DNA of 64,000 nucleotides from a virus. Positions 9,369 to 19,388 of this stretch are shown piece after piece; positions within the stretch are counted from its first letter, which is position 1, and each line of letters starts with the position of its first letter. The stretch is taken from positions 6,858 through 70,857 of the IMG/VR virus record IMGVR_UViG_3300005613_000048; one strand, given 5' to 3'. Both the position numbers and the translations under genes were made by a program. The notes beneath the pieces are model-generated. The model made no database searches. It saw only the letters and a program-made list of their open reading frames with translations, and was not told the origin of the DNA.

Positions 9369-11924
9369 ATGCGTGCCTCAGCAGTCAAATCTATGGGTTA
9401 CCGCGCTAAGGGCTTGCGAGCGCATGCGCATGGTCGCTCAAACTGGATGGCGGGTCAAAGCGCACTCGCCATCCCATCAAACGTCAAACAACTGTTATTC
9501 CACGACAACAACGTAGCCCAACCTGCCTACTACACTGAAGCGGAGTGGGCAGGTCATTCACACCTGTTGAAGGACTACGTCACCAAGGGATCACTACGGG
9601 ATAAACGTCAACCGTACTGCTACAACTTTGACGGGGTGAATGATTACGTCGAAGCTTCAAGTTCGGCTGCTTATCAACCTTCTACAGTGACTATCAACGG
9701 TTGGTTATTTCTTTCAACTATTGGTAACGGCAAGAATGCGACACTAGTTGCCGCCAATGGTTTTAGTGGGTGGGAACTCAGAACTGATGAAAGATTAACC
9801 ACCTTAGCGTTTGATTTTGGCTACAATAACGCAAGCGGAACTTTACAACTTTATAGGTCGGCTACAGTACCGAATGTGGCTAATACTTGGGTACATTTTT
9901 TAGTAACTTATACTTATGATGTCCCTTCTTCGATAAAAATATGGGTCAATGGAGTCTTAAGAAATGGAAGTTGGGTTTTAGGTTCAGGCACAGGAGGTAG
10001 ACAAGCTATTACAGGAACTTTGCGATTAGCTAAATACTCCTCAAGTTATTTACTAGGCAAACTCTCCGATGTTCGTATCTACAACACCGCCCTCACTGCT
10101 GGTCAAGTAGCCGACCTCTACACCGGCACAGAACCGGATGTAACTCCAATTGTCCACTACCCACTCCAAGAAGAATCCGGCCCAACAGCCTACGATATAT
10201 CAGGCAACGGTCATCACGGCACGATCATGAACGCTACCACTTCAGGTGTCGGTAGTATTCATGTTATTGATGCAGATGTACCGAAGTCGTATCCGAATGA
10301 CGAAGGGTTCAGCTCTTACTACAGATTTAACGGTACTAGTGATTATATTCGTATTCCTACACTCCCAACACAAACCCAAACTACTTGGTCAGTTTGGGCT
10401 AAACGAGAGGGAACTGGGTGGAATATGCTGTTAGGATCCCAGAATACTGGTGCGGAATTAAGATTTAACAATAATAGACCAGAAATAATTTGGAACAATA
10501 CCAGTGGATCCGTATTGAGTTCTAGTACAATCGATAGTAATTGGCATCACTATGCTGTGACAGCTATTCAGGGAGAAATAAAGCTGTACGTAGATGGAAT
10601 CCTAGTAGGAGTTGATAACACATTCAATTATGCGTCTCAAATCAATATAGACATTGGAAAAAGATATAATGACACTGCAACTACGTCGTATTTCTTTCCA
10701 GGTTTTATTAGGGATGTTCGCGTATATGATAGAGTGCTTACACCAGACGAAATAGCTTTTCTTTACAACGCGTCTGGCTCAAACCCTGGAACAGCCAATC
10801 TATTAGTACATTACCCACTTACTGAGAATGCTTTAGACGCGTCAGGTAACGAAAGGAACGGTACGGTTTTTGGACCAGTTCTAAACTATGTCCCCGCTGC
10901 CACAGCAACCCTAGACGCATTAGGCGGAACACTCACGCACACCGGAGAAGCACCACTCCCAGGACTTGCTAAGGGTTATGCTTGGCAATGTGATGGAAGT
11001 ACGGTGAGTGTGTTAACAGGGCAAAACCCAGTACCCGCTACCGACGCTTTCACAATAACAACTTGGGTTTATCTAGACGCAATAGACGAAGATAGGGATG
11101 GAATTTGGCAGCAAATAGGTAGTAACGTTAACCACAAAATCTCATTGTTGGCTAACTTAGCGGCAGGCGGATTTAGTTTATTCTGTCGTTTTACAAATAA
11201 TAGCACATTAAGTGTGACTGCCCCTTTAGGTGCCGTTGTCGGATGGAATAAAGTAACTGTAAGTAGAGTTGGTAGCACATTCACACTATCAGTAAACGGC
11301 ACAACTACTTCAGGCACAAATTCTGGGTCACTTCCCGTAGATGGTAACTTCAGAATAGCACTAGTAGATTCAGATTATTCTTCTGTGTCTATTGGCCCCG
11401 TCACCATCACCACCGGCGGAGTCACAACAACCTACAGTCCTGTCCCAGGAACACGGAACGTAGCGGTCACGAAGTCCGATGGAACCTATTCGGTTATTAC
11501 CAACGCAGTAGTCAACGGCACCCTAGCCAGCCTATACACGTTGGGTGATGGATCGTGGAGACTACCGGAGATTGAGAATGGTGCTCATTGGGATGGAACT
11601 GGATTGTACCCTGCCGCCCCAGGAGCATCGGTGGCAGCCAATGGAAATGCTATCAACATCCCAGCCAACAAACATCCAAGAGGAATCTTAGTAGATCGTA
11701 CTGGTGGAATCATTGCACCAATCGACTACGAGATGGGAACCGATGAACTAACCAATGAAACATGGGAACAAGACGTCACTTACATCACACTAGAAAAACG
11801 ATTGATTAACGAAAATTACTCTGACAGAGAAGGGGCTTCATTGAATGATCTATCAAGTGAAACTTTCTTTAGCGTACCATCTACGTATGCTGAAGATTAT
11901 GTTGAAGAGGGATACGTAAGATGA
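9369..11924 (+). CDS. Multi-LamG (concanavalin A-like) virion/receptor-binding protein
   Basis: Repeated FDGVNDY / FNGTSDY ... W.H ... DVRIY..ALT / DVRVYDRVLT LamG motifs, plus a third partial repeat. Confidence 0.82.
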   Translation: MRASAVKSMGYRAKGLRAHAHGRSNWMAGQSALAIPSNVKQLLFHDNNVAQPAYYTEAEWAGHSHLLKDYVTKGSLRDKRQPYCYNFDGVNDYVEASSSAAYQPSTVTINGWLFLSTIGNGKNATLVAANGFSGWELRTDERLTTLAFDFGYNNASGTLQLYRSATVPNVANTWVHFLVTYTYDVPSSIKIWVNGVLRNGSWVLGSGTGGRQAITGTLRLAKYSSSYLLGKLSDVRIYNTALTAGQVADLYTGTEPDVTPIVHYPLQEESGPTAYDISGNGHHGTIMNATTSGVGSIHVIDADVPKSYPNDEGFSSYYRFNGTSDYIRIPTLPTQTQTTWSVWAKREGTGWNMLLGSQNTGAELRFNNNRPEIIWNNTSGSVLSSSTIDSNWHHYAVTAIQGEIKLYVDGILVGVDNTFNYASQINIDIGKRYNDTATTSYFFPGFIRDVRVYDRVLTPDEIAFLYNASGSNPGTANLLVHYPLTENALDASGNERNGTVFGPVLNYVPAATATLDALGGTLTHTGEAPLPGLAKGYAWQCDGSTVSVLTGQNPVPATDAFTITTWVYLDAIDEDRDGIWQQIGSNVNHKISLLANLAAGGFSLFCRFTNNSTLSVTAPLGAVVGWNKVTVSRVGSTFTLSVNGTTTSGTNSGSLPVDGNFRIALVDSDYSSVSIGPVTITTGGVTTTYSPVPGTRNVAVTKSDGTYSVITNAVVNGTLASLYTLGDGSWRLPEIENGAHWDGTGLYPAAPGASVAANGNAINIPANKHPRGILVDRTGGIIAPIDYEMGTDELTNETWEQDVTYITLEKRLINENYSDREGASLNDLSSETFFSVPSTYAEDYVEEGYVR

Positions 11925-12853
11925 GTTTAATATTACGAAGTACAAAAGGAGCAATCCTTACCAGCACTGAGGTTGATAACAACTTTACGTACCTAGCCTC
12001 CACGAAGCAGGCTGCACTCATAGCGGGAACCAACATCAAAACCATTAACGGCAACTCTTTGCTTGGTGCGGGAGATTTACCAGTTGGTTCTGTCAACTGG
12101 AGCGGTCAAGCTATCCGTACCAGCAATTTCAATTCAGTCGCTGGGTCTTGGCAGGAGATTGAGATTACGGGTGCTGGCAACATCATCGGTACGCTTCCAG
12201 TCTCACCTGCCGATAACGAAGAGCATTCGTTTGTATGTCGCCCAACTGCGACTGACCCAGGTGGGAGATTTAGACTAGGGTTAAACGGCAAGGTCATTAA
12301 CGGGCGGACGGATGCAGCGACGGAAACGAGATCAACTGATTTTCCGTTACCGACTATTGCAGAAAACTTCGCATACCTCGGTGGTTCAATTTCCATGAGC
12401 GGAGGCAACATGAGTATTGGAGATAACTTACGTATAAACAACCTATACAATCCCCCTGGTTCGATCACTTGGACACTCCCTAGTGTTGCTGCAAACTCTT
12501 CTGAATTAACCGTATCTCCCTTTGTGGAACCAGGATTAAGAGGAGCAAACATTACTTTAAATGGAACCTTAGTCTATCAAACACCAAATAGTGGTGCAAA
12601 CCGTTGGGATACAGTTGCGATACCTTTAACGCAGTCGTTAAATACCGTAGTTATGTCATCTTATGTAGGTGCCTATAACTACGGATGTGATATCAGAGAT
12701 ATCACGTTAACAGGTATTTTAATATCCGCTCCCGCAGCTTGGACCGATGTGGTCCCATGGCAACTTAACTCAGGTGGCAGACTAGCTGTTCGCTGGAATG
12801 CTGAATTTCAAACTTGGTTCGTTCTAGAGTACTACAAAGGAATTTACGCATAA
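11921..12853 (+). CDS. Tail fibre/appendage-like protein
   Basis: LRSTKGAILT..EVDNNF head and KQAALIAGTNIKTING.SLLG.GD motif common in phage fibres. Confidence 0.65.
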   Translation: MSLILRSTKGAILTSTEVDNNFTYLASTKQAALIAGTNIKTINGNSLLGAGDLPVGSVNWSGQAIRTSNFNSVAGSWQEIEITGAGNIIGTLPVSPADNEEHSFVCRPTATDPGGRFRLGLNGKVINGRTDAATETRSTDFPLPTIAENFAYLGGSISMSGGNMSIGDNLRINNLYNPPGSITWTLPSVAANSSELTVSPFVEPGLRGANITLNGTLVYQTPNSGANRWDTVAIPLTQSLNTVVMSSYVGAYNYGCDIRDITLTGILISAPAAWTDVVPWQLNSGGRLAVRWNAEFQTWFVLEYYKGIYA

Positions 12854-13284
12854 TGGCTAAGCAAATTTTTCAGTGGAACGCAGGTGTGATCGAAGTTCAA
12901 CCACCTGCAAATGCGCCAGAAGGTTGTCCACCTGTGCAAATCACGCTGGGTACGATCACGGCGACATGGGGCGAAGACGATCCACCGCCACCTGCACCAA
13001 ACTGGGCTACCTTCCGCACGGAACTAGCAGATAACGATACTTATTTGCGAGTCATCGCAGCCGATGTAGGACGAGGCATGTTGCTAAACCTAGCAGTTGA
13101 GCGACTGCACGCTTTATCAGGTGCTAAGTATCTCGATGGTTTGATGGAAGTTGTAACTTTGTGGAACAGAATTGTTGTTTCTTTAACAACCCCGTTAACA
13201 CAAGAAGAAATCGGTACATTGAACAATCTTAGTACAACAAATAATGTACCGTTTGCTTTGAACTCTAACGGATTGCTTGGATGA
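12853..13284 (+). CDS. Hypothetical protein (possible fibre chaperone)
   Basis: Coupled to the fibre gene (TAATG). Confidence 0.55.
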   Translation: MAKQIFQWNAGVIEVQPPANAPEGCPPVQITLGTITATWGEDDPPPPAPNWATFRTELADNDTYLRVIAADVGRGMLLNLAVERLHALSGAKYLDGLMEVVTLWNRIVVSLTTPLTQEEIGTLNNLSTTNNVPFALNSNGLLG

Positions 13285-13988
13285 CACGCAAATACACAAT
13301 ACCAACAGCTTTCACTTCAGAACGAATCTACCGAACCATTGATGCCAGTAGTCTCACACTACTCAATCAATTGTTCGGTGGTGCTCTAGCAATGGAGCAA
13401 GCACAAGAGGCAACACCACTCACGCAATGGACTGGAGATTACTGGGGCAACCCAAGAATGACTCCAGCCGAAGCAATGGAGAAGTGGGGTGTCACAAACC
13501 AAGTCCCAGTAGCTAACATCGCTCCTGGTGACATTAACCCGTTCTTCCGTTTCATCGACGACATTACAAAAACAGGTAACGTCATAAGTCGTGGTCCAGA
13601 AATCACAACCATGGAAATGGTCAACAGTGATGATATGTTCTGGATCGGTTCAGGTGTTGGTCGAATCCTATTGCTTTGTGCTGTAGGGGGAGACTTAGAA
13701 GGTTGGCAAGTCTTCTACAAGATTCCTGAAGCAGCCTACGAAACTGACGTACCTACTGGATTCCCTTTTGGTACTGTCACAGAAGTCATTGACGACGAAG
13801 AAGTGACTCGCCCCAGATTATGGAGTGAGTACAAGGACGAGTTCCACGAACATCAGCTAGTCGATGGTTATTACTACATCGCTTCTAACTCGTTTGATCG
13901 TATGCCCGCTGCCAGCGAATGGTTTATGTTTGCTCTCGGTGGGTTGGAAATTGTTACCTCGGTTCCTGTAGCTACAGCGGAAGTTTGA
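13281..13988 (+). CDS. Hypothetical protein
   Basis: ATGA overlap; last gene of the AT-rich module. Confidence 0.6.
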   Translation: MTRKYTIPTAFTSERIYRTIDASSLTLLNQLFGGALAMEQAQEATPLTQWTGDYWGNPRMTPAEAMEKWGVTNQVPVANIAPGDINPFFRFIDDITKTGNVISRGPEITTMEMVNSDDMFWIGSGVGRILLLCAVGGDLEGWQVFYKIPEAAYETDVPTGFPFGTVTEVIDDEEVTRPRLWSEYKDEFHEHQLVDGYYYIASNSFDRMPAASEWFMFALGGLEIVTSVPVATAEV

Positions 13989-13994
13989 TCTGTC

Positions 13995-14681
13995 ATGAAT
14001 ATCCCCGACAGCCTGAAAGTCTACTTCGTAAAGTTTCCTCAACATGAAAGGTTTGTTGAGTGGCTCATCGTGCCGCCTAGTGCGGAGGAAGCCGCCGGCG
14101 AGTATCCAGAACTTACGGGATCATCGCTGATGCAGAATGAGTTTGATTTGATCATGGACGGTGTTACGAGGTTGTCGTTCTACGTGTGCCTGAGGCTCAG
14201 CGGTGAAAGCCACCGCATGGCTGAATCTATTGCAGCTCAACGTTGCGCCATGGGCATGACAGACGATATTTTCTTTGCAGGCCTTGGGATGCTCGGCGAC
14301 AACATGAGGCCGGCGCAGCTCCAGTCACTCATTGATACGGCAAAGGCTCAAGGTTTTACGCCAACAGCGAACCATGTTTACATGCCGGGCCTCGCTAGAT
14401 TCCGTGGCGATCGCGAGGCGTTTGTCAGCAGGTCTGATGGTAGGTCGTACATCAAGAAGCTGATTGAGAGTCGAGGCTGGGAATGCGAGGGCGGCGTCAA
14501 CGTGAAAGGGCGATCGCCAGAGGCGGACCCATTAGACAGCGCGAAACCGTTGGCTGATGACATCATCGCTGACACAGCAAGAGACATGATCAAGGCCGAT
14601 CCGGAGGTCGGCAAACTTTCGAGGCGCGAACTCCGCGAACGGATTGTGGAGAAGCACGGATTCACAGTTGGGGGCAAATAG
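13995..14681 (+). CDS. Hypothetical phage protein
   Basis: 228-aa ORF in operon. Confidence 0.65.
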   Translation: MNIPDSLKVYFVKFPQHERFVEWLIVPPSAEEAAGEYPELTGSSLMQNEFDLIMDGVTRLSFYVCLRLSGESHRMAESIAAQRCAMGMTDDIFFAGLGMLGDNMRPAQLQSLIDTAKAQGFTPTANHVYMPGLARFRGDREAFVSRSDGRSYIKKLIESRGWECEGGVNVKGRSPEADPLDSAKPLADDIIADTARDMIKADPEVGKLSRRELRERIVEKHGFTVGGK

Positions 14682-14963
14682 GTGGCACTAACAAACAACA
14701 CAAGAAATCAACTCCGAATCGCGCTGACTTCAGCCGACGCTGCTGACAAGTTAGCCGATGCGATCGACGCTGGCAGTGGCGTGATCTCTGTCCATGTGCG
14801 GCGGCGGCTGGCTGCTGCGTTGGGCAGCATTCACCATGCGAACAGGATTTCTGATCTTGTTCAGGCTGGCCAGCCCCTAGCAGCGATGGATACACGCCTG
14901 CTGTCCAGCGCTTTGGCATCGTGGACGGCAGCGAGAGACATTCAGGCAGAAATGGCGAGCTAA
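14682..14963 (+). CDS. Small Ala-rich helical virion protein
   Basis: GTG start directly after the previous stop; internal helical repeat. Confidence 0.55.
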   Translation: MALTNNTRNQLRIALTSADAADKLADAIDAGSGVISVHVRRRLAAALGSIHHANRISDLVQAGQPLAAMDTRLLSSALASWTAARDIQAEMAS

Positions 14964-14964
14964 T

Positions 14965-16113
14965 ATGATACCTCACACAAGAGTCGAATCAGCAAGGCGA
15001 CCTCTCATGGTGACACTGCAAGATGCGGTGAATCATGTGCTGCGATCTGCTGATCTATCGGCAAATGAACCCGAGGCGAAGTCAGCCGCTCTGCGTGCGG
15101 TGCGGTACGCCTGTGACAACATCGTTGTTTATCACAGGTGGAAAGCGTATCAGGCCTACACGACGGTGATGATCAATGGACCTTATACAACTGGCAGTGT
15201 TAGCTATTCATCTTCGACTGGGATTGTCACGCTTACCGGGGGTTCGTGGCCTGACTGGGCGCGATACGGCGAACTGCGGATGGGATCGCAAGAGCATTCG
15301 GTTGTCGAAGTTATCTCAGCAACGCAGATTAAGTTGGCAGAGAGGTCACGACCGGCAAAAGATATTTCCTCGTCCACGTTCAAGCTCATTCAGCGACGAG
15401 CCCCCTTGCCAATGGACTTTAAGTCTGGCAATAAGGTTTTTGAAGTGGATGACGAACTGGAGGTAAGGAACGTCGGCTCCGGAACGCTTTCTGAGATGCA
15501 GGCGAGGTTTAACGAGACCGCCTCGACTTATGATGTTTCAGCGGTCACAGGAGACCCACGGTTTTACGGTTACTTCCTGAATGTATCACCAGCCCCTCAG
15601 GGCGATGTGTACTTCCGGCTGCTGTACGACAGGTATCCGCGAACTCCAGAGATTCTTGCGGTCAGCGGCAATGCAACTTCCGCAAGCCAGACCGTGACTG
15701 CCGTTAGCTCGGTGTTCACCGAAAGGCATGTCGGCGCTTTGCTCAGGTTCGGTTCCGCAGATCCGATGGACGGCGACGGCTCCATTGTCGCGGAGCGAAT
15801 CATCACGGGTGTGACTAGCGGCACTGTAGCAACAATCGACTTACCATTGACCGTTGGGACTGCAACTGCTTTTGTGATTTCCGATGCGATCGACGCGCCG
15901 ACGGCTCCAATGCGAACGGCGATCCTTCGGCTTGCCGAGTACGAGTTCAATCGGTTCGCAGGAAGCAAGAAGGCTCCATCGCTGGAGCGCGATTTCCGGA
16001 TGGCTTTGGATGCGGCCATGGTAGACGATTCGCGATACACCGGGCCAAGCTCGGGTGAACAGTTGAGCGCGCCGGTGCGGTCTATCGTAGGTGAGGTAAA
16101 CGTTAGGCCATGA
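14965..16113 (+). CDS. Head-tail adaptor-like protein with inserted beta domains
   Basis: Helical N- and C-termini (TLQDAVNHV; AILRLAEYE) around a beta-rich core; position before tail genes. Confidence 0.6.
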   Translation: MIPHTRVESARRPLMVTLQDAVNHVLRSADLSANEPEAKSAALRAVRYACDNIVVYHRWKAYQAYTTVMINGPYTTGSVSYSSSTGIVTLTGGSWPDWARYGELRMGSQEHSVVEVISATQIKLAERSRPAKDISSSTFKLIQRRAPLPMDFKSGNKVFEVDDELEVRNVGSGTLSEMQARFNETASTYDVSAVTGDPRFYGYFLNVSPAPQGDVYFRLLYDRYPRTPEILAVSGNATSASQTVTAVSSVFTERHVGALLRFGSADPMDGDGSIVAERIITGVTSGTVATIDLPLTVGTATAFVISDAIDAPTAPMRTAILRLAEYEFNRFAGSKKAPSLERDFRMALDAAMVDDSRYTGPSSGEQLSAPVRSIVGEVNVRP

Positions 16114-16601
16114 GCGCGAACACTCTGATCATTGCGAAGCGAGCTAAGGATGTTGTTGTCGAGCAGCTCGGGTTGGTTGCTGCCGACAACGCATACCAAG
16201 AAGTTCCGCATGTTCAGATCCGCAAGCGAGTAGATGGCAATCACCGGCTGAAAGATTCTCCAATGACTTTCCAGAAGGGAATCACGATCGTCCCGACTGG
16301 CCCAAAGCCTGCTGGTGGAACAAGCGACCGAGAGGATTGGGCGCATCAGTTCCTGATTGCGATTGCATTAGGAACGCACACGGATAACCTTGATAGGGAC
16401 GACTGGCCTTTTGCGGCGTGGGAGCAAGCAATTCGCCAGCGGTTGCAGCAACGCAGGCTCGGTAGCATGTCGCTACAAGATGCCTGTGAGCTGCACACGA
16501 TTGTCCGACCTGGATCTCTTCCGGATTGGGCGCAGTTGGCGGAGGGCTTGGAAGCAACTTTCCTAACCCTTACCTGCTTTGTTCGCGAGGCACGCCGATG
16601 A
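16110..16601 (+). CDS. Tail completion/terminator-like protein
   Basis: Size and position directly before the tail tube gene. Confidence 0.5.
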   Translation: MSANTLIIAKRAKDVVVEQLGLVAADNAYQEVPHVQIRKRVDGNHRLKDSPMTFQKGITIVPTGPKPAGGTSDREDWAHQFLIAIALGTHTDNLDRDDWPFAAWEQAIRQRLQQRRLGSMSLQDACELHTIVRPGSLPDWAQLAEGLEATFLTLTCFVREARR

Positions 16602-17545
16602 GTTTGAATTGTGGTGCGCAGGGTGCGTTTGCTGCCCTCGCCGTTGATGACGTTGGCGCGACCTTTGGCGCGTCTTCTGAGCGGTACGAGTTTATCGCTG
16701 AAAACACCGCTCTGCGAGAGCGAATTGTGAAGGGCGTTGGCGTAACCGGCGACCTCGATCTTATTGGCTCTCACTTGAGGCCTGGTGCGGGATTTGTTTA
16801 TGGCCAACTGCTCATGAACGTCACGCCTAAGGAGTTGGACGCTTGGCTACCTCGCATATTGGGAGGCACAGAAACAGCCAATGTCCATAGTCCTGGCAAC
16901 GCACTGCCGGCGTTCGACATGCTGATCAAGCGAGACACGGCAACCTACAGGTACAACGAGTGCATGATTGCATCTGCGACATTCAGCGCAGAGACTTCGG
17001 TCGGTGGCGACGAGGACGACGAGCCGAGCTTAGTCAAGATGATGCTGACCATCATGGGCAAAGATGAAGTTCAGGGAACTTGGGCGGAAGCCATTCCCGA
17101 TGTGGACGAAGAACACAAGCTGTATTGGATCGCGGCTGACTCGGACTTAACGCTGATGGGCACAGCTTACCCGTTTGATTCGTTTCGATTGGTCATCAAC
17201 AACATGCTGAAGCCGCATATCCGGAACAGCTTGCGTCCGGTGTGCATCCAGTCTCAGGGGCGTGTCGTCAACTTTGCTCCAGTGATTCCAAAGTCTGCCA
17301 CGGCTGTCACTAACCTTTACTGGACCCGTCCGAACGGTGCCGGGTCGCTGGCCTTTGCGGGAAGCAAGTACATCGCCAACAGCGAGTATGTGACGACGTT
17401 TACCATGGCCAAGTTGTTCGGAGAGAAGGTGACTCCTGCTGTACGCGGGAGAACAGAGATTCCATTGCCGCTGAATCTCACGGCTTACAAGCCTAGCGGC
17501 GGTCACTCAATCACCATCACCAACGACTTCCCGAGCCACGTTTAA
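16598..17545 (+). CDS. Phage tail tube protein
   Basis: 315 aa, beta-rich; GVTGD..., WLPRILGG and YNECMIAS pattern resembling phage tube families. Confidence 0.65.
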   Translation: MSLNCGAQGAFAALAVDDVGATFGASSERYEFIAENTALRERIVKGVGVTGDLDLIGSHLRPGAGFVYGQLLMNVTPKELDAWLPRILGGTETANVHSPGNALPAFDMLIKRDTATYRYNECMIASATFSAETSVGGDEDDEPSLVKMMLTIMGKDEVQGTWAEAIPDVDEEHKLYWIAADSDLTLMGTAYPFDSFRLVINNMLKPHIRNSLRPVCIQSQGRVVNFAPVIPKSATAVTNLYWTRPNGAGSLAFAGSKYIANSEYVTTFTMAKLFGEKVTPAVRGRTEIPLPLNLTAYKPSGGHSITITNDFPSHV

Positions 17546-17552
17546 TCGGTAA

Positions 17553-18635
17553 ATGACATCTAAGCCCCCGATCAATGATCCCGACCGACCCGACTGGGAA
17601 CTCCAGAAGGCGGTCGAGGAGACGCAGCAAGTCATCGAGAAGCGGACCAAGAAGCGGTCTCGCTTTGAGGAGCTGTTCGAGAACGCCGCCAACCTGATAG
17701 CCGATCGGCTTTCGGAGACTGTTCGCGAAGCGCTGCAGCCGCAAGCGTCGGTGCCTGGCGAACTTCCGGCCGATCCAGCCTTGGAGCCGAGTTCGATTGC
17801 TCCGATCCAGGATGCAGAGTCGGTTTCCTGGGACGCCACTGCTCCCGAACTGCCTGCGTTTCAGGCCATTGATGGCGAGGAGTCGCGAATTGCCTCAGCT
17901 CCCGCGCTGCAGTTCGAGCCGATTGACATTCAGCCGCCGCGAGAGGCAGGCCTTGGCAGTGGCGTGGAGCTGGTGACACAGTCGATCACGGCCTTGCCGG
18001 TCAACGCTCCAGCGAGTGCCAGCGTCGACCCCTCAGGGACAGCAGAACTGCCGGAGCTTCCATCTCCGTTCGCCGGTGGCGTGGTGCCGCGCAATCCTCC
18101 AGTGCAGTCCGCTGCCGGCGACGGAGAGACTCTGGAGACCGCAGCCAGCTTGCCTCCTGCCGCTTCGCAGGGGACGCCGCCAGGCACTCCGCCGACGTCC
18201 GAGCCAGTCGTTGCGGAAACTGCGTTAGAACGCGAGCTAGGGCCCATTGCGACAAGCCCCCAGTTAGCGGCTGTCAAGCCAAAGTCTGCCGAAGGAAATC
18301 CACGAGGACTCCCGTCGCTACCATTCGGCTTGACGCCTTCCGTGGTTGGTGTGAACCCAGCGGGCCGTTTGCCGCAGTGGCCGGATCCCGATGTTGAGTT
18401 GCCAAAGCCGCATTGGGATGAATCTGAAGGGCAGGCAGTCAGCTACCAGGACACGCAACGCAGCGACTGGTCGCCCCAGGTTTCCATGGCCATGGCAGAC
18501 TCAGGAGACGCCCAGTCGGATTTTGCCGACGAGCTACTGCTGTACCTGACCAAGATCCATGACAAGTACGTGGAGTTAGCAGACTCCGTACGCCGGCTGT
18601 CCAATGACCTCGACAGAGCAGGAGACGATCGGTGA
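17553..18635 (+). CDS. Pro/Ala/Glu-rich low-complexity protein
   Basis: Helical ends around a disordered P-rich middle; follows the tail tube gene. Confidence 0.6.
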   Translation: MTSKPPINDPDRPDWELQKAVEETQQVIEKRTKKRSRFEELFENAANLIADRLSETVREALQPQASVPGELPADPALEPSSIAPIQDAESVSWDATAPELPAFQAIDGEESRIASAPALQFEPIDIQPPREAGLGSGVELVTQSITALPVNAPASASVDPSGTAELPELPSPFAGGVVPRNPPVQSAAGDGETLETAASLPPAASQGTPPGTPPTSEPVVAETALERELGPIATSPQLAAVKPKSAEGNPRGLPSLPFGLTPSVVGVNPAGRLPQWPDPDVELPKPHWDESEGQAVSYQDTQRSDWSPQVSMAMADSGDAQSDFADELLLYLTKIHDKYVELADSVRRLSNDLDRAGDDR

Positions 18636-19384
18636 GCGTTCAGTTTGAGTACGGAGATTATAGGCACCCGGTAGGCGAAGTCTTTCCCCGCAACTTTCGC
18701 TTACAGCCACTGATGAGCGAGCGAGGCCGGCAATGGGGACTCCGCGCGACAATGATTGTCGAGGGCTCGTTCCTGTCCCATCCAGACACGCCGCTCGACG
18801 AAGCAGCGGTCGCAACGAAAATCGCAGAGCTGGAATCGGCCTATGAGTCGAACAACCAAAACGCCGGATTCGTCTATGCGGGTGGCACGCCAACGTCACA
18901 CTACCTTACGCAGGACAGCGCATTCAACCTCACTGGCAACAGGATCATTCACCGAGACTGGCTGTACCAAAGCCCTGCTGAGATGGCAAACACTCGATCC
19001 TTTGCCATAGGCATTAGCGCAGACTTTGCTGCCGCTGAATCTTTCATCATCAGCTTTCAGGAGACGGTGAACTTCATTGGCAATGGCGGGCCTGACTGGG
19101 ACTACCAAGAGCGATGGTCTGGATCGCCGCAGCTCTTGACCTTTGCGAACCAGACCGTCGTCAGGGCTCAGCAGTCTGGCATGATGCTCTCGCTGCAACC
19201 CTTTCCGTCTGCTCCAGCGCCGCTGTGGCCCGACAACGAGCAAGGCAAGTATCGTCGCATCACTCGTCGCAACCCGCATGACCACGGGCACCCTTCCGGC
19301 AAGTACAGCCACTACATGGTAGCGTGGAGCTATCGGTTCGCATTCCCCGCTTCACAGACTGGCAATCCAAACAACTACGGGTGA
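18632..19384 (+). CDS. Tail tip/distal tail-like protein
   Basis: Beta-rich, 250 aa, coupled in the tail operon. Confidence 0.5.
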   Translation: MSVQFEYGDYRHPVGEVFPRNFRLQPLMSERGRQWGLRATMIVEGSFLSHPDTPLDEAAVATKIAELESAYESNNQNAGFVYAGGTPTSHYLTQDSAFNLTGNRIIHRDWLYQSPAEMANTRSFAIGISADFAAAESFIISFQETVNFIGNGGPDWDYQERWSGSPQLLTFANQTVVRAQQSGMMLSLQPFPSAPAPLWPDNEQGKYRRITRRNPHDHGHPSGKYSHYMVAWSYRFAFPASQTGNPNNYG

Positions 19385-19388
19385 TTCT

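Noticed and set aside
9369-13988. Diversity-generating retroelement target
   Set aside because: No reverse transcriptase and no template/variable repeat pair differing at adenines was seen.
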